DNA of 64,000 bases from positions 1-64,000 of the forward strand of contig MU619254.1 in assembly GCA_025201805.1 (NCBI GenBank), given 5' to 3'. This document shows, in pieces, positions 25,901 to 37,222 of the stretch (positions within the stretch are counted from its first letter, which is position 1; the number at the start of each line of letters is the position of its first letter). Source of the DNA: Parasitella parasitica NRRL 2501. Its lineage: Eukaryota > Fungi > Mucoromycota. The notes below the pieces were generated by a model. That model had not been told where the DNA came from and searched no databases. It was given only the letters and a program-made list of their open reading frames with translations. Position numbers and translations under genes: made by a program.

Positions 25901-28466
25901 TGAGGAAGTGCAATTTGCAGCGCGTTTTGCATTGGGCCACCTTGCCACATGTATCATCGGCAACGAGAAAACCACTCATAGCATCAACACAGTGTTGCTC
26001 GATTCAGCTACGAGCTCAAAAACAAAGTATAAAAACATAGACGCCTCTGTAGACCTTGTCCAGTTTGCAAACGGCTATGCAGCAGGCCACTTCGTAGCAG
26101 CTCTCGCAGTGCACCCAACAATGACCGAGCACATTGAAAACTTGAAGACGGCCGGTTTAGCCACCTTGCAAAAGTATTACACATCAGACGATGCGTCTGA
26201 AAGCAGAGTTATTGGCATTCTGATGGGCCTTGCTTCGAAACTCCAGCCAGAAATGATGTGGAATGACGAAACAGTGTGCGATGAATTGGACGTTGCTAGT
26301 GGAAAACTTAAAGAATATCTCAAAGGTGAAAGCATCAGTAAAGGGTTGTTGCTCGGCTCAACTTGGGTTGTCGCGTTGGGCGCCCAGCAGAATTATGGCG
26401 TGGAGTACGAGTACTTCAACATCATTGAATCTGTCATGGCAGCTGCTTCTTGCGATGTAAGATACTGTCTTTCCAGGTTTTACCAAGCCAAGACTAATCA
26501 TTTCCCAATAGCCCAATTTAGCACAGCATTTCTACCATTTTGTTGTCCCCTACACTCAAATTTTGTATCATAGCTACATCCACGCTGATGCAAACGATGA
26601 AGCATCATTGTCAAACTACATTCGAGCGTTCGAACCTTTGTTCGGTAGTATTCAAACAGATGATGCCTCCAGCAATTATCGTATCGCAAGCCTATTTGGA
26701 ATTGCAGGTTTACTAGGAGCTGATTATCTCAATAGAAGCGCTGGCAACGTTTACACAGAAGCACAGCGTTACCAAGGCTCATCCAGGAAGGCTGGTTTAG
26801 ATCAGCTAGCAGCCATCACAGGCCTTACCGTCAAATCTGCACCTACAGGCAATCTGAAGAGCGGCCGCATCGCTGCTGCTGTATGCGGAAAGGTGATAGC
26901 TCATGCCAACATGCTGGTAAAGACGCTTGATTCAGATCGCTCAGCTTCAGAATCATCTGCTGTGGACTCGATAGCGGCTCTAGCTTCCATTTCTTCTGAA
27001 CCCACCAACTATAATCGCCTCAACAGTAATACGAGCTATCTCAGGGCTGTATTTGACAAGCTCAACCAAATTGCAAACGATGCTCTTTCTAATGGACGCA
27101 ATATTACAATGCTGTTACAAAGTCTCATCAAAACACCTGGCCCGTTGCCTCCGGTTAACTGGTTTGCGTTGCTGCTGAAGCTAAGCAAAGTATCGTCCGA
27201 CTTGCAGCAACTGGGCTTCTTATTTGCATCGACACACGCTGCCACTTCCTTCTCCTTGACCGAGTATCTCGCAACGCAGACTATGGGTCTTTTAAAAGAC
27301 GTCAGTAGCTTTTCTTGTGCCAAATCGAGATTCTTATTTTCTAGAAATGATGATCATGCTGAAAATCCATTCGATATAGTACTCTCGCTTGGTGGACTAC
27401 CGCAAACCGCCAGAGAAATCAGACGAGGCGAGAAGAAGCGACGAGGCATGAATGCAGTTACCAAGAAGATCAGCATCTCTGAAAGCAGAATTTTGGAAAT
27501 TATCACGCTGTTAACTGAGCGCTTTGGACTATTCGATCAAGACATGCAGGTATATGGTTACTTTTTAAAATACGCGCCTTATTCTCAATAAGGCTAACAT
27601 CGTCGGTAGTATGAAGCGCTGGATACATTAGCAGATCATCTACCGCCCTCTACTGACAGCGCGCCATTGGACGAAAGTAGATCCAAGCTCGTTTCCGCTA
27701 TTCGTACATTGGTTTTTGAATCAGTCATCACTCGACTTCTAGGGGACAAGTCCACATCAGAAAAGGTGCTTCGTAAAGCAGTAGCATGTACCCATATCAA
27801 CAGCATCGAGCAACTGTTTCCAGCTGCTGGAAGAGTAGAGGATTGGAGAGAAATTGGCCTTCCAATGAACTACGTCGTTTATCTCTGCGAGACTTACAAT
27901 TTCTCTAAAAACAAGCAAAGTGTCATCAAGTACATCAGCACTGCCATTACGTTTTTGATCGGGGATTCCCCTCCTTTGTCTTGCTGGAGAGCGATTGCAG
28001 AGATGGTTAGAGATGATTGCGAAACAGACAAGGATGCTCTGGGATGGATAATCCGTGTTCTCGATGCCTTTGTAGTTTCCCTAAGTGATAACAACGCTGG
28101 TAGACAGTTTGAAGAGGACATGTTGATGAAGGCTATTGACACTGGCCTTCGTTCGATTTTGGCCGAGTTAAGCTGCAGTCCAGATAATCTGTCCACTTCC
28201 CAAATGCAGGCTGCGGATACTGCTTATTTGCTGACCTATTTTATTGATATTGGAAACAACCATAACACTGAGCAGGAACAGGTACGCAATCCAGTGTTTT
28301 GTTGCTGTATTTCTCGGATTAACTCTCTTTGTAGATTACTAAACGCATTTTCAAATTGATGAAGATGGCCAACAAATTAACTGGCACAGCTTCTGTCAAT
28401 TTTTTTAAAAGAGTAGCGCTTGGAATGCCTCCTTCATACTTGCCACAGCTTGAAACAAATTATTAA
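22924..28466 (+). CDS. Focadhesin/RST1-like large helical-repeat protein (DUF3730-like), 6 exons
   Basis: Contiguous spliced ORFs of ~1750 aa. ELAILTTMRDVCKTRP..APDVL and PLPPVNWFALL resemble focadhesin motifs (SIRDICKQRP; PPVNW). Confidence 0.72.
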
Positions 28467-29779
28467 ATAAACACTGGTCCAAAAAAAAAAAAAAATCAAT
28501 CACCAATAGTGATATAATCACTTGTAGTCTCTTTATATATTGTCTTTGGGGATAATCATTATGTCTTGAATAACTCTCACTCTCAAATATATTCATGAAT
28601 ATCGATCTCTGGTCATGACCATCTTTTGTACCGGTATTCACGAATTCAAATTTATGACGATTGAGTATATTTAAAAGGTCAAGTACGATGGCCTATCAAC
28701 TTGATGACATGTAAAGTCTTTACGTTGTATTGAGCCATGTATACTTATGTAATAAGAAGCAGAACAGTGAAGCAACCCAAGCTCCGCGAGCACCTTCAAT
28801 GAGGCAGCAAAACGAAAACCAAGCTGCCTTCAGAAAAGTCAATTACTTCTATTTCCATGCAAGTTGCGTCGAGAACTGGGGCTCCCCCAAGCCCACGGAG
28901 ACGTTCAACCACCAAGACAAGTCAAGAAGGTTGGTCCCCTTGTTGAGGTGTCTTCCTTGTTTGCCCATCTTCCGCGTCACCATGTAGATCTCAATGGACA
29001 CCTCCGACGCTAAGCGGCTTAGCCAGAGACCAACTTTTTAACAAGAGTCAACTTTATACGGTACCCTTTGGACTTGTAGCTGCGTCAAGATTTAGGATCC
29101 CCCTCCTCACAAGCCCACGGAAATCTTTACACAAAGAAGACAAGCACATACAATATACCAAATCCCAAATCCCAAACCCGTAAGGCCGGCCGGTCGCGAA
29201 AAGGTTACTCTCCGTGTAATTGTGTCTGGTCCATGGCGATGAACAGTGATGAGAAAAAACGAAAAGAAAAAGGAAGCCATGATTGCTCTGGTCCTGGTTT
29301 TTAAAAGTCTGTACACTATTCTGTTTGAATGTTTTATGTGTCAATGTTGGAATTGAGATGAGCTCATATACAGTTGTAGGCAAAACCCGACCAGACCAAG
29401 GACTTTCCGTTATGCCTGGGATGGGTGTAGAAGGCATAATTTTTGGCCACAAGATCAAGAGCTGCTGAACGTGATGGTGGTATGGAACCAATAAATAATT
29501 CGCTATTGTTGCTATTGACGCTTTTGTTGTTCATCTTTGTTATCTCGTGGAAGATGCTTTGTTGACATAGCGACTGCAATGATGGGATCGCCATTGACCA
29601 ACATAGCAGGTTCCAAACCAGCATCTTGATGTAATGTCGACAGCTGATTCTCCATAATGATTTCGAGCCCATAAATCAAACGGGCAGCATCAGATGCAGA
29701 TAATTTGGTTGTCATTGCTAATAAAAAAACAAAAACAAAAAAGACTAGCCAGGTGGCCACTTTAAATTGTATTCAACCT

Positions 29780-30850
29780 TGTAACTTTTCTTTATTGAGG
29801 CATTTAGCAAAACATTTAGCAGGACAAGTTACAAAACCTTAATCACTCAAATATAAGCTATTGCATGCTTCATTTATTCTAGTCTTGAGCGATTCTTTTT
29901 CCTAAAACTTATTTCGCTAAAGTTTACTCTTAGCGATTGATCAGAACTGCTCGTTTGGATTCATTTCACTAGAATTTGAAGGAAGATGAACATAGCTTTA
30001 TCCTCAAGATTGTCATACTTGGTATAAAATCCCTTCAAATGCGAGTCTTTACATATCGAGCCGAACAAAACCTGGCCATGTGACATAAAGTGCACTTACA
30101 TCGACACAGATATTCGGTTACATATAATGTGATTTGAATTTGGTCCATGGGTTTCCTCTTGCTCCTGAAATTCCATCATTTAGTTTCTTATCAGAAAAAA
30201 GCCATCTTTTGGTGAATTTACATAATTTTTTTGAAATAGTAATTGATGCCTGCTTTCCAGATTAAAACCTGCGAGTGTTCTCCACAGACGTTATAAATTG
30301 GAATCCACTTTCAATTAAGCTGCAACAAATTAGAGGAATTCACTTTATTGCCATAACGCCTGTTATATCTTGAATTATAGCTATTCATATACTTGTAAAC
30401 AGGATAGCGAGATTGACAATGGAGATTACTGACGCTTATAATGCATAACCCATGATAATAAAGTACCCTAAACAATAAAAGATAATTGGCTTTAGTTACA
30501 CATCCCAAGGTCAAAATATAAAAATCGTGAATAAAAAGCAGGAGCCTCACTCCATAATCTAGGTTCACCGAAGCATAAATAGTCTCTTTGATATTGCACC
30601 CAATTGACACTACAACGAGTTGATTGTACACTCGTACATATCATTTCAACAAGACAATGACGCTGCCAATACATACAGTTGGTATTTACATATTTATCGA
30701 CCCAGATGATGCCAGCAACATCGATGTCTTTGAGAAGCAGGTAATTCACGTCGAAAGCATTGTTCTCATGTCAAACGCAAGTAATATTCACACATCACTA
30801 CTATACGAACAATAAAATAGGTCAAGTCATATGAGATCGAGATTAGTGTT
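29780..30850 (+). pseudogene. Decayed tandem paralogue of the adjacent F-box gene
   Basis: Broken frames give LAKHL, FLKLISLKFT, LLVNLHNFFEIVID and SCNKLEEFTL, collinear with LYRHL, LELLQYVFN, FVNCLHKF..VVEVD and SECHSLQEV of the 30981 gene. Confidence 0.45.
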
Positions 30851-30980
30851 GGCACAATATTAGCAATCAAGTGCTACCATTGAGATCAAGTAGACAATGA
30901 ACTTCGGGTTTTTACATATACATATATAAATAGTAAATTTAGAAGTTTACAATGCTCCCTTTTTCTTTTCATGGCTTGAA

Positions 30981-32027
30981 ATGTCCATCTATAAACTACC
31001 ATTAGAACTTTTATCTGCAGTGTTTCAGTTCGTTGACTCTGTTCAACAAATGGCTCAATGTAGATTGGTGTGCAAGTCTTGGAATATATGTGCTGAGCCA
31101 GCAATGTTTGGAAAGCCATTCGTCATAAAGACCCTACACGCTGCGTGGAGTCTGTATCGTCATTTATATTCCAATCCAAACAATGGAATGCAAATCAAGT
31201 ATTTTGCATTCATCAACAGTAGGAATTGTGGTAATTTAGCAGCACTTCAGCTAGAATTGTTGCAATACGTATTTAATCCAAACCTGGAGGTGGTCAGGTT
31301 ATTGTTTACTGCAGATGACAATGCTTTATTTTTCAACCAAGTTCGTAAAATTGCAAAGGATCCGCGATACCAATTCAAAAAACTGAGAATCTTTCAGTCC
31401 AGCCAGTTTTACGACACTTCCTACAAGTTGACTTTGCTCGCCTTTAGACAGACTATACAGCAAGTAAGGATAGAACCAAGCGATGATAGGTTTGTCAATT
31501 GTTTGCACAAGTTTAAATGCTTGACGGTGGTAGAGGTTGACATGAACTCCAGTAACCTTGAACAATTAAACGCTGCCTTGTCTGAATGTCATTCTCTGCA
31601 AGAAGTGAAAATGGTACGTGGCATGCCAACTGCATCGAGGACTACAGAACAGCTTCGTTTTTGGGCTAAACGGAACGTATCAACAGTGGACACTGTAAAA
31701 AAAATCTCTTTTAGTGGCATCTACCCAAGCCCTGAAGTAATTGAATTTCTGACTATCAAGTATCCTCAAATCGAAAGTGCGTATGTAAGTATACTCTATC
31801 AGGTCTGTGATTATCAAGCTTACCGTGAATTTACTGATCGTGTCATCAATGCATTCGGAAGATTGGCACCTGCTGTCTATCAAATAAAATCTACTGCAGG
31901 TTTGGCAAGTGTCCTGGAAGATGTTCACGTTTGCGCGCGGAAACATAATAATTTGACTCTTACCGAACTCGTATTACCAAAGTCTCCCCGGTTGATACTC
32001 CAGATTGCTAAAGTAAAAGCTATATAA
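30981..32027 (+). CDS. Intronless F-box protein (Mucor-type expanded family)
   Basis: N-terminal F-box KLPLELLSAVFQFV..QQMAQCRLVCKSW, followed by a degenerate LRR-like region. Confidence 0.85.
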   Translation: MSIYKLPLELLSAVFQFVDSVQQMAQCRLVCKSWNICAEPAMFGKPFVIKTLHAAWSLYRHLYSNPNNGMQIKYFAFINSRNCGNLAALQLELLQYVFNPNLEVVRLLFTADDNALFFNQVRKIAKDPRYQFKKLRIFQSSQFYDTSYKLTLLAFRQTIQQVRIEPSDDRFVNCLHKFKCLTVVEVDMNSSNLEQLNAALSECHSLQEVKMVRGMPTASRTTEQLRFWAKRNVSTVDTVKKISFSGIYPSPEVIEFLTIKYPQIESAYVSILYQVCDYQAYREFTDRVINAFGRLAPAVYQIKSTAGLASVLEDVHVCARKHNNLTLTELVLPKSPRLILQIAKVKAI

Positions 32028-32749
32028 GTAGCTTCTCGCATATAACCCTTATTTTTCAACTAATCAAACACTTTCCATTTAATATCTTTAATACGCTTCT
32101 TATTTTCATACTATAGAGCAGTTTTCGCTTTGATAATTTAAATACTTGTACATACTTTAAATAATAATAAAAAGCTTCAAAATTCTTGAGAGCCTTACGA
32201 GCACTGTGTTAATGTGAGAGACACTATATTGAGCATAAGCTCTTTCTGTTAATTGTTTATTAAAACCAGGGCTGGCTTAAGTGTAAAACTGCCGTCTATC
32301 ACGCATTCGTTCAATGAACACATATGCCTGGATGCTACAGCTATTAAACAATTGTGGAATGATCTTTGTGAAATATCTAGCAATGAATAGTATACGTTTT
32401 ATTTAGCAAAAAAAAAAAAGAAAAGAAAAAGAAAATAGTGATATTGAGGGTATTTGAAGTCGTGCTTGATGAATGTATATTCGGCAAGCTGTCAATAAAT
32501 GAATACATGGAAATTATCTTGTCTGGTATCACAAGTAGATTTTTCCGTCATTGAAAATTATCACTGAAAAAGTCATAATGTACTGATCTTGTTGTACAAT
32601 TCTTGCACATGCTTTGAGCGATTTAGTAAGTTGATACTTGGCGATACGCTATTTACACTGCCGCTCAGACGTCAATTTCTTTACTAGTACGCACTAAAAT
32701 TATTCAAGACACAAATTTCTAGCTTAAATATGCTCCAAAAAAGTATCAT

Positions 32750-34105
32750 TTATTCGACATGTTCATATCTTTGCACAGGAACATTCAACAGTTCATACAT
32801 ATTTGCCAGTTTGGATTCTGCCCATCCATGCTCTCTTATAAGATGAATCACCTTTCCAGTTGCAAATCCCTGAGGACTCAAACGACCAGTTCTTCCTGCC
32901 ATGTGCACATAGGAAGTGGCAGAAGCAGGCATCCCAAGAATAAACACATGCGAGACACCAGGAATATCCACTCCTCTTGCTGTAAACTCTGTAGCGACCC
33001 ACAAATCCGGCGTTTTCTGCTTTTTGTAGTAATCCTTGATGTCTTCCGCAACAACGCCATGCTCTTGAAGCTTCTGCTTGACTAGTGCCACGCTAATCGT
33101 AGGACCAACAAACAAAATTCCATTCTTCACAGTTTCCAGTTCTTGCAAAATAGCTAAACTCTCCACCATGCGATCATCCATATCATCGAAATCTACCCTA
33201 TTGTCATCTTTTGTGAATGAAGCGTTGTCTTTTTCGCTTCGATCCCGTTTAGGTGTGAGATTGCGAATTGTATCGTTAGAAATGACGAGACAGTGGCGCT
33301 TTGTTGTATTGTCGTCACTTAATTGTGAGCCATGCGCCAAATCGACAAAGAATGGATCCTTTAGCCATCTTTTTTGGCTGATCAAAAAGTAGCGGAGTGG
33401 TCTATTCAAAGTGGCTGAGGATATCATGGTTTGGTGTTGTCCCACGAGCTGATCCAGCAAGCGTTCAGCAGGTTTGGGATGAGCAGTACGCTTGGATTGT
33501 TGACGTGCGGTGGCATATCTTTTCGGAAGTGAGAGAGCTTGATCGGCTTCGTCCAATATCACTCTTTCTAAAGCATGCAGAGGTAATTCATCTTGTTGGA
33601 GCAGATCCAGAATACGGCCAGGCGTCCCCACCACTGTGTGTGGAATTATATCTTTGTCGCGGTCGACCTCTGCATCAGCAAATACTTTTAAATTGCTCCC
33701 ATCGCTCAATTGTTGAATCCAACTGCCAATCTGGTAGGCTAATTCTTGGTTGGGCACAATATACAGTGAATGAACACTTTTACGTTGACATGCGTGGCGT
33801 GGAATCAACGAAGCTAGTGTTAGTGCTGTTCCAAATGTCTTCCCTGTGCCTGTTCTGTCGCGTAGCAGTAAATCTTGTTGACCGGCAAGTAGTCTAGGTA
33901 TAAACTGTTCTTGGGCAAGCGTCGGTCGTGTGACATTAAAGACTGACTCTAATTTTTGACATGTTGAACGGCATATTCCTAATGACTTTGAGGATTATGT
34001 GTCAACAGCAAAACAGCACAGCAGCCTAGCCAAGTTGGTATAGCTTACCTCAAATGTGGAATAAAATCTTTGTGCTGTCAGCTTTATTGAATTTCGAGCA
34101 AACAT
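32750..34105 (-). CDS. DEAD-box RNA helicase, probably mitochondrial
   Basis: Presequence-like MFARNSIKLTAQRFYST; intron 33986-34048; Q motif, TGTGKT, GTPGR, DEAD, SAT, ARGVD and HMAGRTGR. Confidence 0.88.
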
Positions 34106-34799
34106 TTTAAAAACACAAAAAAAACAAGTAAAAGAAGAGTGGTAATTTCAGATGGAAAATAGTTTATTAAATGACAAAATTATAATTAAACCAGGGCACC
34201 CAGAAGAACTGCCTCAATCTGTTCAAAACAAAAATAAAAGAGTTAAAAACCATGTAAAAAAGAGGTATAGCAAGGAGATGTATGTTAATTTTCTGCTGTT
34301 TGTTTCTTTAATCAGCCAAAGGCAATAGTTTGTCTTCAGTATAAATGCAGAACAGGTCTGTTTTGTTCATCCTTTAAAGAAAGACCCAGCAAAAAAAAAT
34401 AAAAAATACACACACCTTCCTTTCCCAATTGTTTACTAATACTTGCCTTAATGTTCCAACGATGTCTGAGAGGAAAAGCCATGAAAACTTTTCTCTGGAT
34501 TTATAGTTTTGGGCCGAAATTTCGGACGACAAGATCTACGATGACAAAAATTTTTCGTTTTAGACAGTCCATATACCCAAAGCCACTATTGAATATCTTG
34601 AAGAGATCATGCCAAACAAGGGCAGATTAGTAATCATTTGTAAGATCATTCCAAACAAGGACAAAGTTGTAATAATTTGAGAAGATTGTAATTTATGAGA
34701 TTTATTATTCAGAAAAAAAATTTATAAAGATAAAAAAAAAAGTAGAGATGGATAAAGATATAAAGAAAAAAAAGAGACAAAGATGTCTACCATAAATAA

Positions 34800-35639
34800 T
34801 CAAGAACGAGAAGAGAGTGCTTTATGTGCTTCAGCTAATTGAGCTTCCAAAACCTTGATGCGATCTTCATAAGAGGATTCTTTTGCCTTCAAGTTTGTCT
34901 TTTCCGAGTCCAACACAGCAACACGCATCAACAAACCTGCGTTGATCTTCTCAAGGTCAGAAACACGAGTCTCAAGAGTCTCCATTTTTTGAACTTTACG
35001 AAGGCGGGAACGGCGAGCAGCATCTGTATTCTTTTGACGTTTTACTGCAGCATCGTCATCAGGATCAACGTTGTCAGCAGTTCTTTTGCGAGTACGAGAT
35101 GGAGAAGGAGACGCAGAAAAAGTAGGAGTAGATGCACTAATGACAGCAGGTGATACTTTGGGTGGAACAGCAGCAGTGAGGACTGGAGTAGGAGCAGCAA
35201 CAGCGGCTAATGCAGCCAATGCAGCAGGCAATGAGTCACCAATATCAGCAAACAAGCTGGCCATTTGAAGCTGAGGGGTAGCAGATACATCAGTAGTGGT
35301 AATGGTGGCAGGCGTTGCAGCAACATCAACAGAGGCAGAAGGCATAGAAAAGAATTGTGGAGTAGGAGAATCCAATATGGCAGAAACATCTAGATCAACA
35401 ACGCTGGAGTCAGCTAACGATGACTTTGAAGCTATTTTATCCTTTGATTGGAAAGGAGGAGACATGAGGAATTGGTCGAGAGGGGTGGCAATTTCAGGAG
35501 AAGAGTTGACGCTGCACTCGGAAAGAAAATCTTGCTTAAGCCATTCGTCAAACATGGATGAGGATTCCTGGGCAGGCGTGGTAGTACCCATTACTGGCGT
35601 AAGGGACTGATATAGTTGAGTAAAAACGTCTTGGGTCAT
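34800..35639 (-). CDS. GCN4: Cross-pathway control bZIP activator (Gcn4/CpcA/Cpc-1)
   Basis: C-terminal KRQKNTDAARRSRLRK plus leucine zipper; acidic region with FDEWL and MASLF; uORF-containing leader. Confidence 0.88.
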   Translation of the reverse strand: MTQDVFTQLYQSLTPVMGTTTPAQESSSMFDEWLKQDFLSECSVNSSPEIATPLDQFLMSPPFQSKDKIASKSSLADSSVVDLDVSAILDSPTPQFFSMPSASVDVAATPATITTTDVSATPQLQMASLFADIGDSLPAALAALAAVAAPTPVLTAAVPPKVSPAVISASTPTFSASPSPSRTRKRTADNVDPDDDAAVKRQKNTDAARRSRLRKVQKMETLETRVSDLEKINAGLLMRVAVLDSEKTNLKAKESSYEDRIKVLEAQLAEAHKALSSRS

Positions 35640-35701
35640 CTTTTTTTGGATTTTGGATTTAGATTTGATAGTATGATTCAGATTTAACAGATTAAAGATT
35701 T

Positions 35702-35923
35702 CTATTTCAACAGGGCAGTAGTAGTAGTAGTGGTTTTCGAGACTTGCACGTCTTTTTTGTTGTTAATGGGCATTTTTGAGTGTGTAAACATATTTGCGAA
35801 ATGTTGTAAACCATATTGGTAAACGAGTTGTTTGATTTAAAAACGATGTAAAGTATTTGGTGTCTGGTTCTATATATTCGTCTCCGGAAGGAACGAGCGG
35901 TAAATTTAAGCAGTGAAAGCCAT
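35702..35923 (-). promoter_or_regulatory. uORFs in the GCN4 5' leader
   Basis: uORF1 35923-35906 (ATG GCT TTC ACT GCT TAA); uORF2 35814-35707 (35 codons); uORF3 35791-35702 (29 codons). No other ATG between the TATA box and uORF1. Confidence 0.85.
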
Positions 35924-36172
35924 CGTATATAACGGAATAAGTAAAAATGTAAATGTAGAAAGGGTTTGCAAGGGTTTAAAAATTAAGAGGTGTAGGTAAA
36001 AGTAGATGTAAGTTTTCTTTTACCAAAAGAAAACTATACGAATATGCAGTGTACTGGGATGACTAACAGAGATGTAGCACCCAACGAAACAAGTAAGAGA
36101 TTTTTGTGTTAAAGAAACAGACAAGGAAAAGAAAGAAAAAAAAAAAAGGATTTTCGAAAATGGAGATTTTGC

Positions 36173-36235
36173 TTTTATAGCCTTGCAGAAGCCATTTCAT
36201 GATTGGATTTCGTCAAAGATAACAGAATGACTCAT
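36173..36235 (-). promoter_or_regulatory. GCN4 core promoter: TATAAAA, CCAAT and Gcn4 site ATGACTCAT
   Basis: TATAAAA on minus strand at 36179-36173, CCAAT at 36206-36202, pseudo-palindromic ATGACTCAT at 36227-36235. Confidence 0.7.
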
Positions 36236-37222
36236 TCATTCAGCTTTCCTGTTATAGAAGTTTTTCCTAGTTTTTTTTTTCACATCAAACAGTGGCTTAA
36301 AGAAATTGATCAACACATCTTACTACTGGGCCAATGTACAAGTGCAAGCCTTTAAAAAAAAAGAGGCATATTCATATTATCCGATAATGCATTCAACAAG
36401 AAAGAAGTTCAAGCAATCTTTGAGTAAAAGATTTGAGCTATCCACTAACATTACTGACCCATTTGAGCTGCAGTGTTGCTTAAAACGTAAATAAAAAATA
36501 TATAAGGCCTAAAATGAATATGAATCTCTATGATACTAGCCCTTAGAATATTGCTATTATTCAGAGAATACTTTATATTGTCACCGATATAGCCCATCCC
36601 TCTGCATATCTGTTCAGAGAATCTACATCCCATACCCAACCCCTCAAAGGTGGAAGAGGCATCATTGTCAATCATGACGGATTTGATCGTTGGTGAATTG
36701 ATCGAGACTAAACGCCTGCTTGAGAGAGAGTTGATATGTGTAAATTAAACCGTTGGCAGCTTAGACCCATCTCCACCATTGACTTTGATAATAAAATTGT
36801 AAAGAAAACACTCGCAACCCTGTAAGTTTTATGTCTTTTTGATGCATCTTGCAGAGAATTTTAATAACTGGTTTAACAATTAAACCATTCCATTTGTTGA
36901 ATGATACACTCTCTGCTTTTTTACATCAGTTTATGTTGTTAAATGCAAGACAGTCAAAGTGAACAATGAAGTATATGAATATAATAGAGGAATAGTTGTC
37001 TGTGTTATTCTCAACATGGCATCGTTATACATTTAAGTATTAGCTCCTGTCGGCACTTGCTGGTATTTCATAATGATTAGATATCAATGCAACCATTTCG
37101 CGTAAATAGATTATATACAAAAATTAAATGTTTATCCGATTTTACATTCTGCGCGTTGATAAATATCCATCCTGTCAAGGAATCAGGCCCATTTTTTCTT
37201 TTCTTTTATTAATTTTCATAGA

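Noticed and set aside
35640-35762. Non-AUG N-terminal extension of Gcn4, as in Neurospora cpc-1
   Set aside because: The frame is open for only ~41 codons before an in-frame TAA; near-cognate codons exist but nothing else supports their use.
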